From positions 4,220 to 68,219 of IMG/VR virus record IMGVR_UViG_3300021963_000110: 64,000 nt of DNA. One strand, given 5' to 3'. The position numbers and the translations under genes were made by a program. The notes below the pieces were generated by a model. The model was not told the DNA's origin and ran no database searches. It was given only the letters and a program-made list of their open reading frames with translations. Numbering within the stretch: the first letter of the stretch is position 1; the number at the start of each line of letters is the position of its first letter. Below are positions 28,576-38,277 of this stretch, piece by piece. Source of the DNA: a virus.

Positions 28576-31500
28576 TTATCTTGTAGGTAATACAGCGATT
28601 GCTGGTGTAAAGTTTGCAGTATATCTTGCGTTAGCTGTTATTCGCACATCATCCATGTAACCAAAATATCCGTTTCCTCCAGTACTATCAGAACCAAGTC
28701 TTAACGGACCGTTACCAATAACTGCGGATGTAACATATGTATTAGGCAAAACGTTTCCGTTATAATAACCTCTAATATTTGCATTTGCTCTAACAACCGC
28801 AATATGTGTCCAAGTATTTGGAAGAATAACGGGACCTGATAATGTTAAATTAGCATTAGTAGCACCAAATAGATTAAGAACCAATGTGCCATTTACCGTG
28901 ATTATATTTAATCTTCCTGCTGCCTCAGAACCAATTGTCATTGGATAATATGTGCCAGATGAAGTATATGGGTTGAGCCACATCTCTGCGGTAAAGTCGC
29001 TTGTGCCTAAAATTAATGCATTGGATACCAATGTAATATTACCATAATCACCTGTACCGTCAAAGAACATAGACGATCCGCCGAATTTACTGCTAACAGA
29101 TGATACTTTTAGGTCAGCAGTTGTTTCCATATTATTTCGCATAGTATAATCTTTAATTGCAGCATCAGTAAAGTTTAACATTACTGTTGTGTTGCCATAT
29201 ACTTGCAATGGTCGCTGCGAAGGAACAAACGGACCTTTATATAATGCTGCACCATTTGTAAATCTAATATCGGACATGTATCCCATTAATTCATAATCAG
29301 AATTAATTCCCTGGTCTTTACTACCTATTCTAGGAGCGGTTGCACCTGGGCTAATTGCGCCTGTGCCATAACTTGCATTATAGTAATCTCTTGCGCCGTT
29401 TACATACCCCGTTAACACACTACCGTTTCTTTCAAAAGCAATATGTGTCCATGTATTTAAGGGAATTGTAGTTGATCCGGTATAATTTGTGCCTGTATAA
29501 AAATTTACTCTATATGTACCAGAAGTAACACCCAAATTAAATATCCATGCTGCAGCAGTGGCTCCATTTGCCCTTGCATCAATGATTGTCCAAGTTCCGC
29601 CATTCTGTTTTGTCGGATACACCCATGCTTCAACCGTAAAGTCTCCAACTAGATCGTACAATGTACTTGATGGCAAAGTTAACCAATCCGATATAGAATC
29701 AAAATATACAGAACCACCAAATGTGTTAGCTGTGTAATCTATTAATGTGGGCGAATTAAATCCGAACGGATTTGCCATAATCGGTTTAGCATCTCCTGTT
29801 ACAGTAACCGCAAAATTATTTGTACTGTTGTCAACTATTGTTACCGCATTACAAGCCAATACAGATGTATTTGCGATAGCGGTTAGTGGTGCAGTTGGGG
29901 GCGTAAATGTAGTGGTGTAGACGGCTGTGCCTTTAACAATACGCAGATTGGAGATATATCCAGTAGTATAACCTGTTAAATCTCCTCTGGCACCAAAATA
30001 CATCGTAGATGCAGAGCCTAAAGTTCCACTTAAAGTACGAGATGCGTTATTAACACCATTAATGTATAATGTTGACGTTGTTCCGTTACGCACCCAAGCT
30101 ATGTGTGTCCATGTATTGGTTGGCGCAGATCCCGTACCTATAGGAAAATCGGTACCAGACATATATACGCTTATATTTCCACTTTGTCGTTGAAATAAAT
30201 ATGAATTATTGGTATCCCCGCTAATAGCACTGTATCCATCGGTTGTTGGGTAGAACCAAAATTCAAATGTAAAGTCTCCTGGAAATGAGTTGGCTCCAGC
30301 CGACACAGTTAAATAATCGCCATTGCCATCAAAAGATACACTATATGATGTAGGAGTAGGTTGTGTGTATGCAGGTGAGAATGGAGTCTCTGTACTAACA
30401 GTCACAGAGCCTGCTCGACTTAAAGTATAGTTATTAGGGCTTAAATCAATTAAACGATTTGTGCAAGAAGTTAATAACTGAGTATTTGTAATAGGCAGCA
30501 AAGGAGAGGTTGGGGGACTAAATGTTGAAGTATATAATGCGGTACCTTTTAGTACTCGTAAATTTGAAATAAAACCAAAAGTATTATATACCGTGCCTAA
30601 CCCGCCAAAATAATTCGCATATATTGTAGATGAATCAGTTATTGCGGAAGAGAATGCTTTCTCCACACCATCAACATATACCTTTACGACATTACTTGAA
30701 CGAACCAACGCAACGTGTTGCCATTTATTAAATGTTAGTGCAGGTGCGCTTGTTGTAAGTTGCCCATACCCCGGAGTATAGTAACCTATCTGACCAGTTG
30801 AATTATAATAGAATTGGAAGTATCCGCCATTTGTATTAGTTGCAACTAACATAGAATACCCGCTACCAGATGCACCGGTTGGATATAACCACATTTCTAT
30901 AGTATAATTTGCATCTAAAGTAACACCACCTGTGCCAGATGATTGAGCAGATATGTACAATGAATTTCCGTTTGCTACACCAAAATAATTTGACCACGAT
31001 CCCTTATAAGGTGTAACAGTTCCTTGATTCGCGTTACCATTTCTAGTAATTAAATGTCTATAATTACTTTTATCTAAGAATGTTGTATTGTTATGCGGTT
31101 GATTGTTTTGCATAGTCAACATCAAAACATTAGTAGTTGCAAATGTAGTATTCACATTAGCAGTACTTCTATAAGGCAACGATGAAGCAATTGGTAATAC
31201 TGGAGCAACAGGTGGAGTAAAGTTACCAGTATAAACGGCTGCAGAAGACATTCTGACATCTGACAGATAACCACCAAATGATGTAGCTGATGCACTTAAT
31301 ACGCCAGATCCATTATAATAATTTCCAAAACTATAATTAACAGATAACGCCGCACGGGTAGCTGAAGATGTGCCTGTTGCGGTTGAAACACCATTTACAT
31401 ATAAAGTAAATGCGGAACCCGATCTAACTACAGCAACATGATGCCAACTATTTGCAATAGATGTCGCTGAACTAGTTAAAAAATCTGATGCCTCAGATTG

Positions 31501-32616
31501 CGCGCCAAACGACATTGCAAACTGTCCACTGGAATTTAAACTAAGAAGGAACCCGCCATTGCCAGTAGTTTGTAACCATTGACCAAATATTGGCTGAAAA
31601 GCATTTACAACTAAAGGATACACCCACATCTCTATAGTAAAATCACTTGTAAGAATACTGGGTGCATTTTGATATGGGATAGTTACAAAATCACCTGTAC
31701 CATCCATGTATGTTGAACCGTAAGTAGAATAACTTACATTAGGTGTGAAAGGATTTGCTGATACGATTTTAGTATCACCATTTTTAGTAATAGTAAAATT
31801 ATTTGTAGAATTGTCTATAAATCTATTTGACTGGCAGGTTAATAAACTTGTTCCAGAGATAGCAGTTAAGGGTGCTGTACTTGGGGTAAAGTTACTTGTA
31901 TATAACGCAGTACCTTTAACAAATCGAAAATTACTAATATAACCAGTAAAGAAATATCCCGCAGTTTGATTTGCCGCAATTCTTTTTGTTGTTACTGTAG
32001 TAGTTAAATTCTGTGTTTGTGATGTTTTTGTTTGGTCTAACACACCATTTACAAAAGTATAAGTAGTGGTTCCAGTTCTGACAAAAGCGACATGATTCCA
32101 AGTGTTCACTGCCATTGCAATAGTGCCTGTCGATACTGTTGGTGAACTAGCTACTTCCGCTAAATAGCAATCCAATTTGTTAGTATTTTGGCGTAACTCC
32201 ATTATGCTACCTGCACTGTGTACCTTAAATATAGGCGCTTCTGATGCCGCAACTTGGGTTGGGTATATCCATGCTTCAATAGTAAAATCACCCGTACCAA
32301 CTACAAAAGCGGCATTATCTGGAATTTGTAAATAATCTCCTGTGCCGTCAAAGTATGCACTATAATATCCGGGTTCGTATGGGTTAAAATTAGAGGCTTT
32401 AGTGTCGCCTACAATATTTAAATTTAATTTATTTGTACTAATGTCTGAGTTAAACGGATAGCTTATACTTGTTCCGGTTGCAACAAATTTTGTCAAGTAA
32501 TATAACGAGTCAATCGGTGTAATGATTGGATCGCCATACCCATATACAGGCCAAACTTCTGCCAAGCGAAGTTGATATACATCGTTTACTACAAATATGC
32601 CGTCAAAATAACTCAT
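28576..32616 (-). CDS. Multi-LamG/ConA lectin fibre protein (about 6 domains)
   Basis: Same LamG repeat pattern. Confidence 0.85.
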   Translation of the reverse strand: MSYFDGIFVVNDVYQLRLAEVWPVYGYGDPIITPIDSLYYLTKFVATGTSISYPFNSDISTNKLNLNIVGDTKASNFNPYEPGYYSAYFDGTGDYLQIPDNAAFVVGTGDFTIEAWIYPTQVAASEAPIFKVHSAGSIMELRQNTNKLDCYLAEVASSPTVSTGTIAMAVNTWNHVAFVRTGTTTYTFVNGVLDQTKTSQTQNLTTTVTTKRIAANQTAGYFFTGYISNFRFVKGTALYTSNFTPSTAPLTAISGTSLLTCQSNRFIDNSTNNFTITKNGDTKIVSANPFTPNVSYSTYGSTYMDGTGDFVTIPYQNAPSILTSDFTIEMWVYPLVVNAFQPIFGQWLQTTGNGGFLLSLNSSGQFAMSFGAQSEASDFLTSSATSIANSWHHVAVVRSGSAFTLYVNGVSTATGTSSATRAALSVNYSFGNYYNGSGVLSASATSFGGYLSDVRMSSAAVYTGNFTPPVAPVLPIASSLPYRSTANVNTTFATTNVLMLTMQNNQPHNNTTFLDKSNYRHLITRNGNANQGTVTPYKGSWSNYFGVANGNSLYISAQSSGTGGVTLDANYTIEMWLYPTGASGSGYSMLVATNTNGGYFQFYYNSTGQIGYYTPGYGQLTTSAPALTFNKWQHVALVRSSNVVKVYVDGVEKAFSSAITDSSTIYANYFGGLGTVYNTFGFISNLRVLKGTALYTSTFSPPTSPLLPITNTQLLTSCTNRLIDLSPNNYTLSRAGSVTVSTETPFSPAYTQPTPTSYSVSFDGNGDYLTVSAGANSFPGDFTFEFWFYPTTDGYSAISGDTNNSYLFQRQSGNISVYMSGTDFPIGTGSAPTNTWTHIAWVRNGTTSTLYINGVNNASRTLSGTLGSASTMYFGARGDLTGYTTGYISNLRIVKGTAVYTTTFTPPTAPLTAIANTSVLACNAVTIVDNSTNNFAVTVTGDAKPIMANPFGFNSPTLIDYTANTFGGSVYFDSISDWLTLPSSTLYDLVGDFTVEAWVYPTKQNGGTWTIIDARANGATAAAWIFNLGVTSGTYRVNFYTGTNYTGSTTIPLNTWTHIAFERNGSVLTGYVNGARDYYNASYGTGAISPGATAPRIGSKDQGINSDYELMGYMSDIRFTNGAALYKGPFVPSQRPLQVYGNTTVMLNFTDAAIKDYTMRNNMETTADLKVSSVSSKFGGSSMFFDGTGDYGNITLVSNALILGTSDFTAEMWLNPYTSSGTYYPMTIGSEAAGRLNIITVNGTLVLNLFGATNANLTLSGPVILPNTWTHIAVVRANANIRGYYNGNVLPNTYVTSAVIGNGPLRLGSDSTGGNGYFGYMDDVRITANARYTANFTPAIAVLPTR

Positions 32617-32631
32617 TTGATTCCGTTATTG

Positions 32632-33582
32632 TTAGAATGTGATTGTGCCTGATTGCCAGAATCTATAAATTCTATATCCACCAGAAACAGTTACGTTAGG
32701 TGACCCGGTAGTTGTAGCTGCAGGTGCTCCATCCGAATATCTTAAAATTACAACACCGGAACCACCAGCACCACCGCTGCCACCATATGAGCCGCCGCCA
32801 CCACCACCGCCAGTATATGAAGTACCCGCAGTTGCTTCAACGGAACCTTGAGCTGCACCATTGCCGCCACCCCCAACACCGCCAAATCCAATTGTGCCGT
32901 TTGTATAAACACCGCCTGCGCCACCTCCAGCATATGCTACATTGGAACCAGATATTGTGGTATAAATTCCTGGACCACCATTAGCACCCATTGTACCATT
33001 AGATTTACCCGCCATACCTACGCCTGCCGCACCTCCACCGCCACCATGAGAATAACTAGGTGTACCTGAAGTACCATCGCCGCCTTTGCCGCCAGAGAAT
33101 CCAAAACCGCCAAATGATGTGTTTGCTTGTTGTGCTGCGCCACCAAGTCCACCAGTTGTGGAATCTGAATTTCCGCCGCCACCTCCAGATCCACCGGGAT
33201 TGCCTACATTACCAGTATAAGGTGCTCCAAAACGAGTTGCGCCGCCGCCACCGCCTAAAGATAATTTAAGATTTCCGGTTGCGACTGTACTTATGTATGA
33301 GTTTGAACCGTTTAATCCATTTATGCCGCTATCCGATGTTGTCGCGGCAGCACCACCTGCACCCACCCCAATCGTATATACGACAGAAGGAGTGTATGAA
33401 ATAGTTGAAAGAATAAGACCGCCCGCGCCTCCACCGCCGCCAAACGATCCACCACCTCCACCGCCACCAACAACTAATACATCTACAACTCCGGCGTAGG
33501 CAGACGTTACCCACATATCATTTAGTAGGTAATCGTAAACGTCTGTTATTATAAAAACGCCTGTTGTGTTACTTGCTGCCAT
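32632..33582 (-). CDS. Gly-rich adhesin-like protein
   Basis: VDVLVVGGGGGGG...GGSGVVILRY...YRIYRFWQSGTITF. Confidence 0.75.
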   Translation of the reverse strand: MAASNTTGVFIITDVYDYLLNDMWVTSAYAGVVDVLVVGGGGGGGSFGGGGGAGGLILSTISYTPSVVYTIGVGAGGAAATTSDSGINGLNGSNSYISTVATGNLKLSLGGGGGATRFGAPYTGNVGNPGGSGGGGGNSDSTTGGLGGAAQQANTSFGGFGFSGGKGGDGTSGTPSYSHGGGGGAAGVGMAGKSNGTMGANGGPGIYTTISGSNVAYAGGGAGGVYTNGTIGFGGVGGGGNGAAQGSVEATAGTSYTGGGGGGGSYGGSGGAGGSGVVILRYSDGAPAATTTGSPNVTVSGGYRIYRFWQSGTITF

Positions 33583-33597
33583 AATTTAACCCTTCGA

Positions 33598-34752
33598 TTA
33601 AACTGCTTTTGCGGCAACAAAAATAGCTATAGCGTTTGCAGCATTTGTGTATGCTTGTATCTTATGCCCTGAAGCAATACGTCTTGGTTTCTCGCATAAT
33701 TCAATTGTAGCGCCAATTGGTACTAACAACGTATATGCCATATAACCTTGTATTACATTTGATGAGTCTGTAATTGTAACTGTGACCGGGACATTTCCTA
33801 AATTGTTAGTGCTACTTAACATAACACTTTCAATAATAGATGCACCTGTTGCAGTAAATACATCTACATTTGCGGATGCAGCTGTAATGTTTGCGCTTAT
33901 ACCTGTGTATGTACCTGAAGAAATTTCCTCATATACAATTGTAGCATGGACATTATTGTTAACACCTAAGTCTTGTATAAGGCCTTGCATGGTTAATCTA
34001 TCACCAACATTAACAACTTTTGGTTTCTTTAATGCTTCAAATGAACTTCTGTACGGTAAAGGAATATTCCAAAGTAAAGGTGCGCCTGAAATTGCTGCAC
34101 TTACAGAAACATTTGTATTACCTGCAGAGTTAATATTCGTAACATAAACACTATGTAAAATTGATTTTGCAGTAAACACTACGGCATTAGCCAATGTATT
34201 TGTTGCTAAATAATTTATAGAGTTTGTAATGGATGTATTAAACAATCCACTACCACCACCTGAACCTGCACCAATAACCGTGGAATTTGCACCAGGGATA
34301 AAAATAATATTTTCTGTAGCAGTAATCGTTAAATTACCTGTGGCACCCACTGTCGATGCAGCGTTGCCTGTAGTAAAATATGAACCAGCATATATATTAG
34401 CAGGAGTTATTATGCTACCATTACTAGGTATTAAAATAATATTGTCTGTAGCAGTAACTGTTAAATTACCTGTAGCACCTAGCTGGGATGAGGCATTGCC
34501 TGTAGTATAATATGCAGTTGCAATTACATTAGCAGGAATTACTACGTTACCGTTAACAGCAGTTAATCCTGCCGCGACGGCAACAACCGCACTTGCCGGG
34601 TTAACTTCGGTCCAAGTTACAGTTGTACCAGAATTTGCTAATAACTTATACCACTTATTAGTCGACGGGTTGTACCACTCATCCCCCAAGTTTCCTGACA
34701 ATGGGGGTTGAGTTGTAGATACCGTATGTTTAAAATTAGTTTTGCTGCTCAT
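33598..34752 (-). CDS. Virion protein: N-terminal GDEWY motif, two short repeats, two tandem adaptor-like domains
   Basis: GDEWYNPSTNKWY; 2x Y[YF]TTGNAxSxxGATGNLTxTATxNII; paralogue of 23209..24063. Confidence 0.65.
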   Translation of the reverse strand: MSSKTNFKHTVSTTQPPLSGNLGDEWYNPSTNKWYKLLANSGTTVTWTEVNPASAVVAVAAGLTAVNGNVVIPANVIATAYYTTGNASSQLGATGNLTVTATDNIILIPSNGSIITPANIYAGSYFTTGNAASTVGATGNLTITATENIIFIPGANSTVIGAGSGGGSGLFNTSITNSINYLATNTLANAVVFTAKSILHSVYVTNINSAGNTNVSVSAAISGAPLLWNIPLPYRSSFEALKKPKVVNVGDRLTMQGLIQDLGVNNNVHATIVYEEISSGTYTGISANITAASANVDVFTATGASIIESVMLSSTNNLGNVPVTVTITDSSNVIQGYMAYTLLVPIGATIELCEKPRRIASGHKIQAYTNAANAIAIFVAAKAV

Positions 34753-34771
34753 CGCGCAACCTTATATTAGA

Positions 34772-37700
34772 TTAAGCTTGAGCCTCTGTCCATGACATAC
34801 GACAATTAATATTAGCGCTGATTGGTCCAATATTTTGAGCAACAACTGTTACCATATCTGGGCCGTTAGGATAAATATCAACATTCGATAATGTAGATGA
34901 TCCGCCGCTTAAAATACTTGTACCTAAGTCACGAACCAAGTTCAAATCTTGCTGTGTTGTATTAAACTGTGCCGCAATACCTGTTGTATTCAAGTAGAAA
35001 CCATAAATAACTTCTCCACCTTCTATTCTTGTAGCAGCAGAGTGGTTAATATATTGTGCCAAACTAGATCCACCGACTGTTTGCCAATTAGGAGTTCCAG
35101 GAGAAACAATACCGTTCAATACCAAACTAACAAGAACAGAACCATTAGAGAACAAGTCAATTTGTCGTAAAACCATCTGCATACGATTTACAATTTCTCT
35201 TACACCTAATGCACCAGGAACACCATTACTTACGCTAGGTGCAACGCGGAAACTTTGAATAGCGAATCTTTGACCTGCTGGAACTGTTACACCGTTTTGT
35301 GTACCTTGCGTAAACACGAATGATTTATCATCATCAAATCTACCGTCCATGATAACAGAAGTACCCCAGTGTGAAAGTGCCGGTGCATAGAATGGACCGT
35401 GATGCTCAACAATAATAGGTGTCGTTGCAGAATATGTCCACGTCTGCGCTGTCAACGCCATTGGAGAGAACACGCCTGTGGTTGCGCCGGATGCAAATGC
35501 AGCCTGTGACAATGTAACTGAAGAGTTTGTTACAATGTTAGAAATAAATGCGTTTTCAGGTACACCTGGAATAGTAACATACATACTAACTTGTAAATTA
35601 GATGTATCAGTAACTCCTACCACTGGGCTATTAGCCGTTGTTGTAACTGCCAAATTTGTTTGACCAGCTTTGCCTCTAGTGCAACCAGTGAATGTATTTG
35701 CAGAAATACCTGTGTAATTTATATATTCATATTGATTCGCGGTTCTAATTACTGCTGTACCTGCGGGAGGGAATCCAGATGTATCTGCAACATTGATAAT
35801 CGTATCAGACTGACCAATTGAAGAAGTAACAGTTGTTACTTTTGGAATTGAAGTAGTTTCGTATCTTGCTGGCAAATTACCAGAACGCATATATGCTTCA
35901 TAGTTTACGTTGTTATTAATTAACTTATGGCAATAAACGATATCACCGTTTCCGCCTCTCATACCCCAACGAATAAAGCCTGCACCGTACCATGAATAAT
36001 CCATGTAGAACATCTGCATCTTTGTTAGATCGATCGTCATTCCAGAAGGACCCGTACCGTCTAACTTATCTAAGTTCCACTGACTTTGTGGGATTTTTGT
36101 GTCAACTGTTTTACTTACAATTGCATTTGTAATTGCAACTGTACCACGATATGAAGGAGTAATCGTCATAGATGTATCAGATGCAATACTATCTACACGA
36201 TATGGCATACCTTTAATAACAATAGAATCGCCAGGTGTTAATTGTTTTGAGAACAATGTAGAAACACCATTATTTACTACACCTGTTACTGTTTCGCTAC
36301 CTGGACTGATTGAGCAGAAACCAGATAATTGATATGTTGAAGATCTCTTAACCGCATATAATGTTTGACCATCATATTCGAAGAAGATACCGTTTTGGTG
36401 ATCAAAAATACCAATACGATTAGATGCACCATACCATGAGCTTACTGACAAATAATATTGTCCGCTTGCAGTAGTTTTTGAAGGAGTGGATAATGCAGTA
36501 TATTTAAATACGTATGGATTGATAACTTCTGTTACAGTGAATGTTCCATTGTATGCAGTTTCGTTTGCACCTGTTACAGTAACACCTGTGCCTGGAGACA
36601 TATTGTGTTGACCTTTACAAGTAACTGTTACAGTTGTACCAGAACTTGTAATTTGATCTACATTTAAACTTGGCTCTAAAATTGAACCTGTACTAACTTG
36701 AATACCTTTACCAGATTGATAACGGAAATATCTACGTGTTTGTCTGATAAATTGTTGATTATGACTCTGTGAGTTTGTACTGAAAATAACACCGCCGTCA
36801 AACGCTCTATGGTAGCCCATACCAGTAGGTCTTACATATAAGTTACCGCCGGTAATTGCACCGCTTGGTGTAGCATTGGCAACAAAGCTGAATACTGTGT
36901 TATTAGAAACTGTAGAAACAGTCCATGAACCGTTTGGTGCATTTGTACCTGTAGATAATACAAAAGCAATTTCATTACCAATTAACAATCCATGTGGAAT
37001 AGATGTTGTCATTGTTATGATATTACCATTGTAGTTAACATTGGCAACACCAATAATAGCATTACTGAAAATATTAGCTGAGAATGCAGTTGTTACGTTA
37101 GCTGTAAAGATATTAGGTGCATTACCGTAATATTCTTGTTTACCCTGATATTCAATTGTGTTTGCTGCTAAATTAACATAGTCTACAACATACAATCCAT
37201 CCGCGCCTGCAAATGTTGTATCTTGAATAAAGAATGGTGAACCTTGAACAGGTGGAATTGAAGGGAATACGTTAGCAATATAAACTCTACTGTTAGGAGT
37301 ACGAGCAAATACGTTAGATACATTCAATGGACGTGATACGTCATAATAGGCAAATGGTCTATTATTCATCATTGAAATAGATTCCCACTTTGTAGCCTGT
37401 TGACCATATTCAAAGTCGGTATCAATTAACGCTTGTGGTTGAGATGTTCTAAACTTGTTAACAGGATCCATGTATTCCTGTGATGGCATGAACGATTCAT
37501 TAGTCTCTTCTACAATGATACTAAGTTTATCAGTACTACTATGTCCACCGGTATTATAATTTAATATAATTGTTGTTGTTTGTTGACCGGTAACTGCTGC
37601 AGCTGAAGTGGTATAACTTGCTGCACCCAATGAAGGATCGCTGAAATTGTATATAACAGTTCCACGAGTTACGTTAGTAATCAACAACAATTGCTCTTGA

Positions 37701-37780
37701 CGAACATATTTGTTATTGATAACTATTGTTTTTGTTGACGGTGTGAAGGTATAACCTTCAGCGATTACATGCTTAGCCAT
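34772..37780 (-). CDS. Large virion structural protein of T4-like aquatic myoviruses
   Basis: LLLITNVT...IYNFSDP; PQALIDTDFEYG; RQTRRYFRYQSGKG; WYGAGFIRWG; ends SWTEAQA. Confidence 0.7.
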   Translation of the reverse strand: MAKHVIAEGYTFTPSTKTIVINNKYVRQEQLLLITNVTRGTVIYNFSDPSLGAASYTTSAAAVTGQQTTTIILNYNTGGHSSTDKLSIIVEETNESFMPSQEYMDPVNKFRTSQPQALIDTDFEYGQQATKWESISMMNNRPFAYYDVSRPLNVSNVFARTPNSRVYIANVFPSIPPVQGSPFFIQDTTFAGADGLYVVDYVNLAANTIEYQGKQEYYGNAPNIFTANVTTAFSANIFSNAIIGVANVNYNGNIITMTTSIPHGLLIGNEIAFVLSTGTNAPNGSWTVSTVSNNTVFSFVANATPSGAITGGNLYVRPTGMGYHRAFDGGVIFSTNSQSHNQQFIRQTRRYFRYQSGKGIQVSTGSILEPSLNVDQITSSGTTVTVTCKGQHNMSPGTGVTVTGANETAYNGTFTVTEVINPYVFKYTALSTPSKTTASGQYYLSVSSWYGASNRIGIFDHQNGIFFEYDGQTLYAVKRSSTYQLSGFCSISPGSETVTGVVNNGVSTLFSKQLTPGDSIVIKGMPYRVDSIASDTSMTITPSYRGTVAITNAIVSKTVDTKIPQSQWNLDKLDGTGPSGMTIDLTKMQMFYMDYSWYGAGFIRWGMRGGNGDIVYCHKLINNNVNYEAYMRSGNLPARYETTSIPKVTTVTSSIGQSDTIINVADTSGFPPAGTAVIRTANQYEYINYTGISANTFTGCTRGKAGQTNLAVTTTANSPVVGVTDTSNLQVSMYVTIPGVPENAFISNIVTNSSVTLSQAAFASGATTGVFSPMALTAQTWTYSATTPIIVEHHGPFYAPALSHWGTSVIMDGRFDDDKSFVFTQGTQNGVTVPAGQRFAIQSFRVAPSVSNGVPGALGVREIVNRMQMVLRQIDLFSNGSVLVSLVLNGIVSPGTPNWQTVGGSSLAQYINHSAATRIEGGEVIYGFYLNTTGIAAQFNTTQQDLNLVRDLGTSILSGGSSTLSNVDIYPNGPDMVTVVAQNIGPISANINCRMSWTEAQA

Positions 37781-37784
37781 TTAT

Positions 37785-38237
37785 TTAATCTCCTAATGCG
37801 ATCGTTGTCGCAGAATATGGGTATTTTCTTCTCTGTACAGTTGCGTTATTACTTATAATTGTAACTACCGCTTGATCACCTGTGTCAGGCGGGTTATAAA
37901 TTGTGATGTTACTGCCTCTTAATCTAAATCCTTTAAACGAATCATATTCCGTAAACCAAGGAAAAGTCTGAGTCGTAACATATGGTGCTAGGTATTGTCC
38001 TGCAACTGATACTTGTAAATTTCTTGAATCTGCTATAGTATTTATATAGTCTTGTTCAACCATAATTGTGAAGTTTGTGGTCAAACCATCAAACCTATTA
38101 CTAATATCGTTGCATACTATAGGATAACCTTCACCGAATGGTTGGAATGATGTAATGCCGCCAGATGCAGTAACAACATAGCTATTCGCCACATTGTTTG
38201 AACTAATCAAACTAGCATCTATTTTAAGCAAAGCCAT
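37785..38237 (-). CDS. Virion structural protein
   Basis: NDISNRFDGLTTNF baseplate/fibre-type motif; hydrophobic C-terminus YPYSATTIALGD. Confidence 0.6.
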   Translation of the reverse strand: MALLKIDASLISSNNVANSYVVTASGGITSFQPFGEGYPIVCNDISNRFDGLTTNFTIMVEQDYINTIADSRNLQVSVAGQYLAPYVTTQTFPWFTEYDSFKGFRLRGSNITIYNPPDTGDQAVVTIISNNATVQRRKYPYSATTIALGD

Positions 38238-38254
38238 CTAATGTCCTTTTCTAT

Positions 38255-38262
38255 TATTTATT
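38255..38262 (-). promoter_or_regulatory. Putative late promoter (AATAAATA)
   Basis: NATAAATA in the intergenic gap upstream of 38237. Confidence 0.4.
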
Positions 38263-38277
38263 ATTTGTGAATTCTAC